Assembly (NCBI RefSeq): GCF_963921235.1 | Contig: NC_086097.1 | Location: forward strand, 141,050,001-141,114,000 | DNA: 64,000 nt | Direction: 5' to 3' | Source: Mobula hypostoma | Lineage: Eukaryota | Shown here: positions 48,560 to 61,514 of the stretch, piece after piece | How positions within the stretch are numbered: the stretch's first letter is position 1 | How the letters are laid out: every line of letters starts with the position of its first letter | The notes under the pieces: model-generated | Told to the model about the DNA's origin: nothing | The model's input: only the letters and a program-made list of their open reading frames with translations | Databases searched by the model: none | Position numbers and translations under genes: made by a program

Positions 48560-51277
48560 GTTTTTTGACTGAGTCTTGCTGACACAATGCAAAGTTGTTG
48601 CTGTGATACCACTCAACCATCTAATCTATCTCTCTCCTGTATGCCTCCTCGTTGCCATATGAGATTCTGCCAACAGTGGTGCCATCAGCCAATTTATAGA
48701 TGGTACTTGAGCTGTGCCCAGCCAAACAGTCATGTGTGCAGAGAGAGTAGAGCAGTGAGCTAAGCACACTACCTTAATGTGGACCTGTGTTGATTGTCAG
48801 TGAGAAAGAAATGTTATTACCAAACCTCACTGACTGTGGTGTCCCTATGAGGAAGTAAACGATTCATTTCTAGACGAAGGTCCAAAGCGCTGGGTTTTGA
48901 AGCTTGTTGATTAATACTGATGGGATGATGGCAATGAATGCTGAACTGTAATCAATAAACAGCAGCCTGATATAGGTACTGTTGTTATCCAGATTGTCCA
49001 CAGCCGAGTGGAGACCCAGTGAGATTGCACCCACTGTAGATCTGTGGTGCCAGTAGCCAGATTGCAGCAATTCCAGGTCCTTGCTCAGGCCGTAGTTAAT
49101 TCTAGCCATGGCCAACCTCGCAAAGCTCTTCATCACAATAGTTGTGAGTGCTACTGGGTGATAGTAATTGAATCAACTCAACGTTCTCTTATGATTGATG
49201 CCCTTTTGAAGCAGGTGGAAACATCCGACTGCAGCATAGAGAGATTGAACGTGTCCTTGAACATTCCGCCAGTTCGTTGGCATGGGTTTTCATTGCCCTA
49301 CCAGATACACGCTCGGGGCCTGACCCCTTGCAAGGGATCACTCTCTTAAAGATTTCCTGATGTCAGCCTTCAAGACAGGAATCACCGGGTTACCAGATGC
49401 TACAGGGATTTGGACAAGTATCATTCATGTTTAAAATGAATGATACTTGACACTAGACATTCTGGGTCAGGTATACAGGACTGAGGCAGAACCACCACAT
49501 CTGTTTACCATGATGATTTAATCATGAAGAACACTACACCTCCTCTACCTTTAAGAGATTCTGTGGTGTCTCAGAAAGGCAGTGTCCCTTGTTAGGGACC
49601 TCCAGCACCCAGGTCATGCCCTTTTCTCACTGTTACAGTGATTTGGACAGCTGTAGCTTTAATCTTCTTTTCAAATCAGCAATAAAAGTTGTTGAGCTCA
49701 TCTGGGACTGAATCATTACAGCCAATCACAATGTTAGGTTTCACCTTGTAGGAATCAATAGCCTGCAAATCCTGCCAGGGCAGATGTGCATCCAATTCAA
49801 TCTCACACTTCAAGTGCAAAAGTCTTGTTTTCAACTCCTGAAGTAGCTTCCCGTAGGTCGTTCTTGGACTTCTTGTATAGTTCTGGATCACTGGTCTTGA
49901 ACTCCACAGATCTAACCCTCAGGTGACTGCGAATATCCTGGTTCATCTACGGCTATTGGTTTGGGTATGTTTTCGAAGGCACACGCTCATCTGCACCGGT
50001 GTCGATTAAGTCAGTAACAACTGTGGTGTATTCATTCAGATTCAAAGATGAATTCATGAAGATTGTCCATTCCACAATTCAAAGCAGACCTGTAAGCACT
50101 CCTCCACCTCCCTTGACCATATTTTCATGGTCCCCACCACTGGTGCTGCTGTCCCCACTCTGTCTGTACGCGGGAGCAGAAGTACAGCCAAGTGACTGGG
50201 CTTGCTGAAGTGCAAGCATTGGATGGCACAGTAAGTGTTCTTGATGGTGATCTAACAGTGACCAAGTGTGTTGGCTCCTCTGGTTCCACAAGTGACATTG
50301 GTGGTAGATGCTCAGAGACTTCTTCAAGCTGGCCTGGTTAAAATCCCCTGCAATAATCAGGAAGGCATCAGGATACACTTTTTCATAACTGCTGATTACG
50401 GTGCTCAGCTCCTCTAGTGCCTGCCTGATGTTGGCCGGTGGTGGAATATTCACTGCTAGCAAGATGATGGCAGTAAACTCCCTCATTTTTAAAATGAACG
50501 ATACTTGACACTAGACATTCTGGGTCAGCTATACAGGACTGAGACAGAACCACCACATCTGTTTTCCATGATGATTTAATCATGAAGCACACTACATCCC
50601 CTCTACCTTTAAGAGATTCTGTGGTGTCTCAGAAAGGCAGTGTCCATTATTAAGGATCTCCAGCACCCAGGGCATGTCCTTTTCTCACTGTTACCATCAG
50701 GCAGGAGATACAGAAGTCTGAAGGCACACACTCAGCGATTCAGGAACAGCTTCTTCCCCTCTGTCATCCAGTTCCTCTGGTTCAATCGGAGTGGGGTCGG
50801 TAACTTTCGGTCTAACCGGAGTATTGCCGTCTTTCCCGTTCTTAGACATAGCGGACCTTAAAAGCATCCAAATATATAATAGCAATCCGCTGCAAGGTAT
50901 TGTAAAAATCGGTGCCTTAAAAGTTAGCTTAAATGTAGCTGATCATAGGATAAAGCTCAGAGGTAATGGAGCGAGTCAAGAACACGACTTCGCTCCATGA
51001 GCTCTACCGGAAGTCTCCCCATCCGGTTCCTAAATGGACGTTGAAGCTTTGGACAGTACCTCACTTTTTAAATATACAGTATTTCTGTTTTCGCACATCA
51101 TTTTAAATCTATTCAGTATACATAATTGATTTACTTGTTTACTTATTATTATGTTTTATTTTATTAATTATTTTTTTCTCTCTCTGATAGATTATGTATT
51201 ATATTGAACTGCTGCTGCTAAGTTAACAAATTTCACGTCAAATGCTGGTGATAATAAACCTGATTCTGATTCTGATT
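48560..51277. mobile_element. Rex1/Babar LINE with an inverted 5' part (minus, RT to EN) joined to a plus-strand 3' end and (ATTCTG)n tail
   Basis: Minus ORFs carry RT (NSTYIRLLFIDYSSAF) and EN (REFTAIILLAV...IAGDFNQA). Orientation flips at about 50600. Tail ctgattctgattctgatt ends at about 51277. Confidence 0.75.
50777..51020 (-). mobile_element. Isolated L1-like 5' end (5'UTR plus first ~24 codons of ORF1) with 11-bp TSD
   Basis: Minus strand starts GGGGAGACTTCCGGTAGAGCTCATGG, then ATG SKNGKDGNTPVRPK. Flanked by atccagttcct (50766-50776) and atccggttcct (51021-51031). Confidence 0.55.
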
Positions 51278-51679
51278 GTGGTCTGTCCACGCGATGGATG
51301 GTGAAGCCCTCAGGCTGCAGTACTGTATCCAAAATGGTAGGGGTGAGCTATGTTTCCATGAAGCAAAGTACACAGCAGCTCCGATGTCCTCCTGTTACTG
51401 TAATCTTGCTCTCCGGTCTTCAGTTATATTTTCCAGAGATTGTACGTTCACCATTAAGATGTTTGAGAGTTGAGGTCTGAAGGCCCTACATTTCAATCAC
51501 TTTTCAGCTGAGCACACACTCTGCATTTCTTTTTTCTTAAAGGGAGACTGCACTTATGACCAGAGTCTGCAGTCTGGGGTCAGCCGATTTTGAGAATTGA
51601 CAGATTTTTAAACGTCTTAAAACAATGTTACTTAGTGAAGTATCCATGACTGTGATTTCGCATTTCAGCTGTAGTAGTC

Positions 51680-52134
51680 TGTGGTAGAAATGGTTAAAAC
51701 TAGTGCATGATGGGATACTTGACCATTCTGGAACAGTTGGGCTTAAGACTGATGATGCGTGTTGAGAATAACCTTGGATGATAAGTGCAGACCAGGAACT
51801 CCAATTAATAAGACACTAGCCCCTGGAACCAGGAGGGAGGATGCATCTGGGGGTAAGTTATGAGTCCTGATAACAGGAAGCAGGAAGAACTGTGAGACTC
51901 GCGCTGAGAGATAATTGACGTATCTTTTCAATGATTGATCATGTACTGACTGTGGGATGCCAAAGTTATGTGAAGTTCTTTGTCTTGCTGTATAAATATG
52001 AGTTCTGTACAACCTAAAATTGAAGTTCTGGTGGCGGTGGAGACTGCTGCAGACTCTCCATGATATCATGTTAATAAACTCTTAAAAAGAAACTCAAAGT
52101 TACTCTGGTATTCTTAGTTAGTGTTTCGATGACA
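51680..52134 (+). mobile_element. Solo LTR, 455 bp, with 5-bp TSD
   Basis: TGTGG...TGACA termini, TATAAA at about 51991, AATAAA at about 52074, TAGTC direct repeats at 51675-51679 and 52135-52139. Confidence 0.88.
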
Positions 52135-52199
52135 TAGTCCTAAATGGGAATATTTAATGATTCCTTCGGAGCTGCACATAAAGAGTTGCCACTTTCCAC

Positions 52200-52526
52200 A
52201 TCATCTTGGAAACATCTCTTCTCATACTACCACCAGGGAGGAGGCAGGAATCTGAAGACCCACTATCATTGTATTCAGACCTGCTTCTTACGCTCTGCCG
52301 TCAGATTTCTGAATGGTCCATGAACCCATGAATACTACCTCGCTGTTCCTCTTTTGCACTATCTACCTATCTAACTATCTATCTATTTATTTATTTATTT
52401 ATTTATTTATTTATTGTAAAGTATAATAATTTTTATGTCTTGCTCTGTACTGCTGCCACAAAACAAAGAAGTTCAAGGCATACATCAGTGATAATAAAAC
52501 CTGTTTCTGATTCTGATTTCATTCTG
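52200..52526 (+). mobile_element. Rex1 3' fragment with (TATT)n microsatellite and ATTCTG tail
   Basis: ccaccagggaggagg...ctgaagacccac; (TATT)n at about 52383-52412; tail ctgattctgatt. Confidence 0.75.
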
Positions 52527-53439
52527 AATCTATACAATTTATAGACTAAATTTATAGAACCTATACAATGACTAAAAGGCCACACAACATGATGAACTGT
52601 GTCATCAGTGTGAAGACGGTCACTCTTACAAATGTCCCTGTGGAGAGGGAGACTATTGATGACAACATATAGTAAGTTTTTCTATTACATCGGTTCATTC
52701 ACCACCCGCTGTCAGCTATGTCCAGCTTGGTTATCGGTGCTGTTACCAATTCATTGGTGTTGAGGGACATTGCAGTTCCTCAATCAAAAAATATTTTGTG
52801 CCCTTTGTGATTTTTGGTGATTCATCCAGTGTTGTTCAACCTTCGGGAGTGCTTCTACAATAACTGACAGAGGACAGTGTGCCAGAATCAAAAGGCATTT
52901 GACCTCATACCAAGAGAATCCTTAGGTTCTGGAGCCAAAATTGAGGACATGACCTTTACACTACCATACTGTTAACTCTACATATCAGGGAATGTGTTGA
53001 AGGAATCTCACCTGGTGAGATAGGAATCTGCAGGTTGAGTGGGCACTTCTATGGGGAGTGTGGAATTCCTTTTGTAGAGCACTCCGCAGAGAATGTTGCA
53101 GGAGCATTCAGCTCTGACTTTGGCAATCTACAGGCACGTGGATAACTCACCTACAGCAAACTGACATTTCTGATGTGCACAAAGAAGTGCTTGGAGAGCA
53201 AGCACTTTGAGATGAGACAACATCTCAGCTATAGTACTGAAGACCTGTACATTAGAACCAGCTGTAGCACGAGCCAAGCTGTTCTAATGGAGTTACAACC
53301 CTGAATTGACCCCACCAGATGGTAAGATGTCCATATTTCTCTCCAAACAGCAGGCCTATCCAATCAAGCCAATTATCACCCAGTCAGAATTCTCTCAAAC
53401 TTCAGAAAAATGCAGTAGGATATTGTCAAAAGTGCATTA

Positions 53440-53720
53440 AATGGAACTATCAGCTTGTTTGCCAGTGTTCAAATTTGGTTTCCCTTGGACCCTCTGGATC
53501 CAAACCTCATCACAACCTTAGTCCAAATGCAGACCAAAGAACTGAAATCCAGAGGTGAGGTGAGAGTGATTATCGTTGATTCCGGGACAGTGTTTGATTG
53601 ACTGTAGCTCCCAGGACAACTAAAATCAATGGGCATCAATAGGAAATCACTCCATGGACTGGTGTCATAATTCACACAAAGTGTGTTGCATGTGGTTGTT
53701 GAGCATCCAGGCCCAGGCCC
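53440..53720 (+). mobile_element. Old LINE RT fragment
   Basis: Degenerate QFGF...ELKSRGEVRVI...VFD motifs. Confidence 0.55.
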
Positions 53721-54452
53721 AAAAAATTAATTCATGAATTTCTTCTCAGGGCTTGATATCTTTAGTTGCTTGATTAATTACCTTTCTTCCACCATAAAGG
53801 CTTAATTCAGGAAAATGAAAATTGCAAGAAAAGGTACTGTGGTCAAGGTACTGATTTTCCGTGGTCTCTAACAACTGGGACATCAAACATGAGTCTGAGT
53901 ATTCTGAGGTGAGTGACTCATCTCCTGATACTGCACTGTCTTCACTAACGTCTTCGTTAAAGCAATGGTGAGATCACATCTGTGCACAGCTCTGGTTTCT
54001 TTATTGAAGGAAAGACTGGAAGCAATTTAGAGAACTTTACTAACATCTAGAATGGCAAGTTAAACAACCTAGGTTTTCATCTGCAGTTTAGAGTAGTGAC
54101 TGCGCACTTAAGTCAGCAAACAAGGAAATGGCAGATACGTTGAATAAACATTTTTGCATCAGTCTTAATCATGGAAGATATAGCTAATATGTGTAAGGTA
54201 TCAGATAACATTAGAACTTACAGAAAAACTAATTGTAAGGGATAAAATATTGGAGAAAGTTCGGGGACTACAGTTGGACTAGACACAGGATCCACAATAC
54301 TGTGCTCCTGGAATTCAAATTAAGTGGCTGCGGAGAAAATGGACCATTGTTTGAAACTTTTCTTAATTCACCAAACTTCAAGAGGGTACCAGAAGATTGG
54401 AAAAGAGACAACAGGACCTCTTTCTTCAAAAAAGAAAACAAGGAACTATAGG

Positions 54453-54641
54453 GTCTCCCCCTCCCCCTCCTACTTTCAAATTTCTTACTCTCTCTTTTTT
54501 CCATTAGTCCTGACGAAGGTTCTCGGCCTGAAACGTTGACTGTACTTCTTCCTATAGATGCTGCCTGGCCTGCTGCGTTCCACCAGTATTTTGTGTGTGC
54601 TGCTTGAATTTCCAGCATCTGCAGATTTTCTCATGTTTGCA
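54453..54641 (+). mobile_element. Penelope-like terminal repeat insertion with 9-bp TSD
   Basis: AACTATAGG duplicated at 54444-54452 and 54642-54650; contains a CTGACGA...GAAACGTT core. Confidence 0.75.
54505..54542 (+). ncRNA. Minimal type I hammerhead ribozyme motif (PLE-type)
   Basis: Helix I tagtc/gactg; CUGACGA at 54510-54516; helix II agg...cct; GAAA at 54530-54533; palindromic AACGUU helix III; predicted cleavage after GUU at 54537. Confidence 0.7.
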
Positions 54642-55499
54642 AACTATAGGATAGTTAGTTTAACCGCTATTATTGGCAAAAATCAAATATAAAATAGGTA
54701 ATCATTTATAAAAGATGAATATAATTAAACCTAGTCAATATGGATTTATGAAAGGTAAATCATATTTGACAAATTCGCTTGAATTTTTTTTCGGGGTGTG
54801 CCAAGGAGGGTTTACAGAGGGGACTTGTGGATATAGTGTATTCAGATTTTCAAAAGGCATTTGACAAAGTGCGACACAAAAGATTGGTTCATCAAATAAA
54901 AGCCTGCAGTATCAAATGAAGTGTGCTAAAATTGACTGAATACTATCTGTCTCATAGAAAATTGAAAGTTGGAAATAAATGAGCCCTTCTCAGACTGGAA
55001 AGTTGTACCTGGTGTAGTACTCAGGGACTGCTTCTTGGCTCACTGTCGTTCACTGTTTATATTAATAGCCTGGAAGATGGAATCCAAATTTGTCAATGAT
55101 ACATAAATGGGTGGAAATATGTGCTATGGTCTATAATGGGATATCGATAGGTTGAGTAAATGGGAAAAGACTGGCAAATGAAGTTTCAGGTGGAAAATTG
55201 TGAAGTCATGCACTTTAATAAGAGGAATGAAAAGGTAGATTATTATCTGAATGGACAGACTGCAAGTGCGTGAAGTTTAGAGGGAACTACTCTTTTAGTG
55301 GGTGAATCACAAAAAGCCAACAAACAGATCCAACTAGTTTACTTACCTGATTTAAAAATGCAAGCTTGAGATTGTTTGGTTTATTAGCAATTGATACGAT
55401 GCAAAATAAAAGTTAGTTTTAAATGGAGTGGCCATTGTGGGTGCAGCCATTGGAGTGTACAGGCAAAATTATGGAGATTGAGGCATTGTCTCAAGAAGC

Positions 55500-58400
55500 G
55501 TCAGAGAGGAGGGGAAGTGCCTACGGTAAGTTTCTGGTAAGTTTCTTTCTTTTGCACAGTCAGAACAGTGGGAATGGCCATCAAGACAGTGAAGTACTCT
55601 CTTTGCAGGATGTGGGAAGACAGGCTCCAGTGTTCCTGATGACTACACCTGCAAGAAGTGCATCCAGCTGCAGCTTCTTATAGACTATGTTAGGGAACTG
55701 GAGCTGGAGTTGGATGAACTCCACATCATTCAGGAGTCTGAAGAGTTGTCTGACAGAAGACACAGGGAGCTAGTTACACCTAAGGTGCAGGACACAGACA
55801 AATGGCAAGAACAGGGAAAGGGAATACAGCCAGTGCAGGGCTCTCCTGTGGCCATTACATCAATAACAAGTATATTGGTTTTGATACTGTTGGGTGTAGA
55901 AGATGATCTGCCAGAGGAAAAGCAGACAGGCCTTTGGCATTGAGTCAGACTATGTGATTCAGAAGGGAAGGGAGGAAAAGAGGGTGAGCAGTCTTGATAG
56001 GGGATTCATTGGTTCGGGGAACAGATGGAAGTTTCTATGGATGAGAACAAGATTCCCGGATCGTATGCTACTTCCCGGGTGCTGGGTTTAGAGACATCTT
56101 GGATCAAATCCATAGCATTCTTAAGGGGAAGATAAGCAGCCAGAGTTTGTGTCCAAGTCAGTGCCAATGACATGGGAAGGAAAGGTGGCAAGGTCCTGCA
56201 GAGTGAGTTTAGGGAGCTAGGTGCTAAAGTTAGAGGACAGGAGCTACATAGTGGTAATGTCAGGAATGCTACCCTTACCACATGCTAGTGAGGCTTGAAA
56301 TAGGAGGATAATACAGTTTAACATGTGGCTAGCAAGATGGTGAGAGGGCTTCAGATCATTGGATCACTGGGCTCTCTTCCAGGGAAGGTGGGACCTGTAC
56401 AAATGTGATGGCTTGCACTTGGACTGGAGGGGACCAATATGCTTGCGGGAAGGTTTGCTATTGCCACTGTGGAGGGTTTAAAATACAGTTGCAGGGGGAT
56501 GGGAACCAGAGTGCCAGAGAAGATAATAGAATGCTTGTGAGAAATGAAGATATTAAGCCTACATACAAAGACAGGAATCAAAATGTTGAGCATTGTTGGA
56601 CTAATGTTGTGAGTTGGGTCTATTTTAATGCAAGGAGTGTTGTAGATAATGCAGATTAACTTAAATGATGGAGCAGCATGTAGAATTGTGATACAGTAGC
56701 CGTTAGTGAGACTCGGTTACAGGATGGGGCAGGACAAGTTGCTCAATATTTCGGGGTTCCATTGTTTTAAACATGATAGAAGGATGTGTATGGAAGTGCA
56801 GAGGAATGGCATTACTAATCAGGGAAAGTGTCTCAGACCGGAGGCTGGAGAACTTGTCTGTAAAAACTACATGGATGGAATTCAGGAATAAGAAAGAGAT
56901 GACCATGTTAATAAGGTTACATTATAGACCGCCCAATAGTCAATGGGATTTAGAGGAACAAATTTGTAGAGAGATAGCAGACAGTTGCAAGAGAAATAAG
57001 GTTGTGCTAATAGGTGATTTCAACTTTCCATATATTCACTAGGAATCAAATACTGCAAAAGGACTGGATGAGATTTCATTTGTCAAATGTGTTCAGGAAA
57101 GTTTCCTTAATATATAGAGTTCCCAGCTAGAGAAAGTGTGGTACTAGATGTACTATTAGGGAATGAGACAGGGTGAGTGATAGAAGTGTGCGTAGGGGAA
57201 CACTTTGGATATAGAGAACATAATTCTACTAGTTTCAATATAATTATGGAGAAGGATAGGTCTGATCATTGGGTTGAGATTCTAAATAAGAAGAAAAAGT
57301 ATGTTTTGATGGCTTCAGAAAGGATCTGGCAGATGTGGAATGGGATCAGTTGTTTTCTGGCAATATTTGTTGTCTGGAATGTTTGGTAAGCGAGAGGCCT
57401 TCAAAAGTGAAATTTTGACAGTACAGAGTTTATATGTTCCTATCAGAATAAAAAGCAAAGATAATAGGAGGACAAGGTGAAGGAGAGTCCTCAGAGCTTC
57501 TACAGTTATATTAAGAGCAAAAGGATAACAAGGGACAAAATTAGTCCTCTTGAAGATCAGTGTGGTTATCTATATGTGGAACTGAAAGAGATGGGGGGAG
57601 ATCTTAAATGGATTTTTTCCATTTGGATTTACTTGGGAGATGAACACAGAGTCTATAGACTGAGGATGGTGAAGTCATAGACTATATGGATTACAGAAGA
57701 GGTGCTTGCTGTTTTGAAGCAAATTAAGGTGGCTAAGTTCAGTGAGCCTGAGAAGTTGTTCCCTCAGACCTTTGCAAGAGGCTACTGCAGAAATTGCAGA
57801 GACCTTAGCAGAAGGATTTATAACATCCTATGCCATCCTTAGGCATCCTAAGTCCTGAGATGCCTGAGGACAGGAGGATAGATAATGATATTCTGTTGTT
57901 CACAAAAGGGTCTAGGAATAAGCCAGTAAATTATAGGTCCTTGAGCCTAACACCAGTAGTGGGTAAATTACTGAAAGGTATTCTGAGAGATAGGATATAT
58001 AATTGTTTGGATAGACAGGGCCTGGTAAAGGAAAGTCAACGTGACTTTGTGTATGTTAGGTCTTGTCTAACCAAACTTATAGAATTATTCGAGAAGGTTA
58101 CCAGAAAAATTGATGAAGGGAATACAGTGGATGTTGTCTACATGGACTTTAGTGAGGCCCTTGACAAAGTCCTGGATGGGAGGTTAGTCAGAAAGTTTCA
58201 GTCACTTGGCATTATGATGAGGTAGCAAACTGGATTCAATACAGGCTTCGCAGGAAAAGCAAGAGAGTCATATTAGATGGTTGCCTCTCTAACTTGAGAT
58301 CTGTGACTCATGTTGTGATGCAGGGATCCATGCTAGGTTCATTGCTGTTTGTCACCTATATCAACAATTTGATTGATAATGCGGTAAACCTGATCAGCAA

Positions 58401-59285
58401 ATTTTGGGAGCATAGTGGACAGCGAAGAAGGCTATCAAAGCTTGCAGCAGGATCTGGACCAGCTGGAATAATGGGGTGAAAAATGGTAACTTGAATTTAA
58501 TGCAGACAAGTGCGAGGTGTTGCTCTTTGGGAGGACAAACCAGGGTAGGGCTTACACAATGTAACAGTACGGCATTGAGGACTGTGGTAGAACAGAAGAA
58601 TCTGGGAGTATAGTTCAATAATTCCTTGCAAGTGGCATCACACGTAGATAAGTTGGTGAAGAGAACTTTGGCACATTGACTTTTAGAGTATCGAGTATAA
58701 GTTTGGGATGTTATGTTGCAGTTTTGTAAAACTTCGTTGAGGCCAAATATTTGTGTGTAGTTCTGGTCACCTACCTACAAGTAAGATTGAAAGATTACAA
58801 ATAAAATTTACAATGATGCTTCCAGAACTCGAGGACCTGAGCTATAGGGAACGGTTGAATAGGTTATACTGTAGCTTTATTGTCTGGAGTGTAGGAGAAT
58901 GGTGGGAGTTTTGATATAGGTATCAAAAACTATGAGGGGTATCAATTGGGGAAGTGTAAGTAGGCTTTTTTGCTCTGAGGCTGGGCAAAATTAGAACTAG
59001 AAGCCAAAAGGTAAGGGTGAAGGGTGAAATATTCAAGGGGAACATGAGGGGCAACTTCTTCACTCAGAGGATGGTGCGAGTGTGAAACGAGCTGCCAGTA
59101 GAAGTGGTGGATGTTGGTTTAATTTCAAACTGTGAAAGAAGTTTGGATAAGTACACAGATGGGAGAAGTTTAAAGGACTATAGTCCTGGAGCAGGACAAT
59201 GGAACTAGGTAGAATAATAGTTTGGTGTAGACTAATTGGGCCAAAGGCTTTCTTCCTCTGCTGTAGTGCTCTAGGACTCTATCAG
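55500..59285 (+). mobile_element. Near full-length, heavily mutated CR1 LINE (ORF1, EN, RT, 3' end)
   Basis: ORF1 CxxC and ELELELDEL plus esterase; EN YRPPNS and IGDFN; RT VVYMDFSxAxDKV; many stops and frameshifts. Confidence 0.9.
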
Positions 59286-59689
59286 TAGTTAATAAGACAA
59301 AGGGGTTGGATTTGGGAGGGGGTGTTATAATTGTACAGTTTGTTGATGAGGCTTCACCTGGAATACTGAATCAGAATGAGGTTCATTATCGCCGAAATAT
59401 GTCATGAAATTTGTTGTTTTGTGGCAGCAAAGTACAAGACATAGAAAATTACTGTAAGTTACAGTTAAATCTATATAGCTAGACAAGTAGTGCAAAAGAG
59501 GTACCGTCGCAATGTGCTCAGAGGAAGTGCTCCGGAAGAAGGTGGCGACAGCGAACGACGCTACCAAAGACAACGTCCTCAGGATGGGTTGCGAAGCAAT
59601 TCTTTTCACTTCACTTACATCTCTTTTTATTTCAGATATGGTCCTGCTGCTGTTAGAGAGCCAGTAATCTACATTCTAGTATTGTGATT

Positions 59690-60470
59690 TCGGGCTGATC
59701 AGGCAATTTGGTGCTTTGGGACTCAACACCTTCCTCTGCAACTGGATCCTTGACTTTCTAACCAACAAATTGCAATCAATAAGTAGATCCCACAATACCT
59801 CCACCATGATTTTTCTCAACACTGGCATCCTGAAAGGTTTCATGCTAAGTGATTACTCTGTACCCTGTACACACACGACTGCATGGCCAGACTCTGCTGT
59901 AATTACACCTGTAAATTTTCAAATGATATCAACATAGTGGGCTGTATTTGAAATACTGATGAGTCTGAGTAAAGAAAGATTTGGAGAGCTAGTGGCATGG
60001 TGTAATGACAACAACCTCAGTATCAGTAAAATGAGTAAATCAGTAAAATATCAGGACACTGAAGAAAGCTGGTCTACCTGAACAGATGCTGGTGACCTTT
60101 TACTGCTGCACCATAGAGAGCATCTTAACATACTGTATCTCTGTGTGGTATATCAGTTGTACAGCAGCTGATAGGAAAGCAAGTCAGCGGGTCATCTCTA
60201 GCGCACAGATCATCAGGACACAGCTCCCAGCCCTGGAGGACACCTACAGCTCACTCTGCCTAAGGAAAGCTACAAGCATCTGTAAAAACAATACACACCA
60301 TGCAATCATCTGTTTGAACTTCTTCCATCTGGCAGACGTTATAAGATTTTCTATGCCTGCACATCTAGACTGAAAAATAGCTTTTACCCCAGAGCTATAA
60401 TTGCTCTGAACCAATCGATCAAGCATCATCCATAAATTGTTACATTGCTACATTCAATACTGGTTTTATG
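59690..60470 (+). mobile_element. Rex1 RT and 3' fragment
   Basis: LCNWILDFLTNK, FYCCTIESILTYCISVWY motifs. Confidence 0.8.
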
Positions 60471-60579
60471 GCTGTCATGCATCTGAGTTGCATTTTTGTA
60501 CTGCAGGGCATTGCTTGTACTGGCTGGTTACTTGATTTTATTTATTGTTTATTTATTGGAGAATGGAAGTGAAAGCACA

Positions 60580-61075
60580 GAGGAACATCTGGAGAAATTT
60601 CTGAAATGCCCATTCGCCACTGTCGTTACTGCGTGGTCGTGAATCTTTCAGAGGATAGGCCCCAAAATCCCCAGCCTTGCCTGCTTTTGGCGACCGAGAA
60701 GGTGGTCGAATCGTTCAGACAGAGATGGCGCTCAGTACTCGGTGTCGGAGAGCTGATCAGAGCTCAAAGTTTTCGGATGACTCAGAGTCGGATTGTGGTA
60801 GGCATGGCTGAGAGAGTTTTTCTTCCTTCTCCCGTCTGCGTGAGATGTGGGACATTTGAGAAACTTTGAACTTTACTGTGCTCACTGACTTCTTCATCAA
60901 ATTATGGTATTGTTACACTGTTTGTAACTATATGTTATAATTATGTGGTTTTGGCAGTTTTTTCAGTCTTGGTTTGTCCTGTGTTTTGTAATATCACACC
61001 GGAAGAAATAATGTATCATTTCTTAATGCATGCATTACTAAATGACAGTAAAAGAGGACTATGTGTCTTCATAAT
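60580..61075 (+). mobile_element. Retroposon 3' UTR fragment, family unassigned
   Basis: Shares its 3' terminus with the insertion at 25556-25635. Confidence 0.55.
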
Positions 61076-61514
61076 CAAATTTTATTTGTTGTTTTACAGC
61101 ATTGAGTACGAGAGTTACAAACTCACTTTCGCTGTATTGGTGCAAGACAAATTGTACTATGCAATGACAATAAAGATATTTCATATTTCATAAAAGAATT
61201 GGTCATTGACTTCAGCAAGGGAGTGTTAATTATGCTGCTGTTTACATCAATGTGTAGAGGTCAAGATAGTTGAGAGTTTCAAATTCTTAGAAATGAACAT
61301 TACAGTTAGCCTGTCCTGGTCCAACCACATTAACACAACAATCAAGAACTTTGCCTTTATTTCTGTAGGATGCTAATAAAATTTGTCATTTGACCCCTCA
61401 CTAATTTTTATCACCATAAAAAGCATCATGGCTTGGTAATAGCAACTGTTCTGCAATGACAAAAAGAAAATTTCAGAAAGCTGTGGACACAGCTCACATA
61501 TCACAGAAACCAAC

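Larger units (their letters stand above)
54100..55330 (+). mobile_element. Decayed CR1 ORF2 fragment interrupted by a Penelope-like insertion
   Basis: LNKHFASV, PEDWK, NYRxVSL, SQYGFMKGKSxLTN, YSDFQKAFDKV motifs. Confidence 0.8.
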
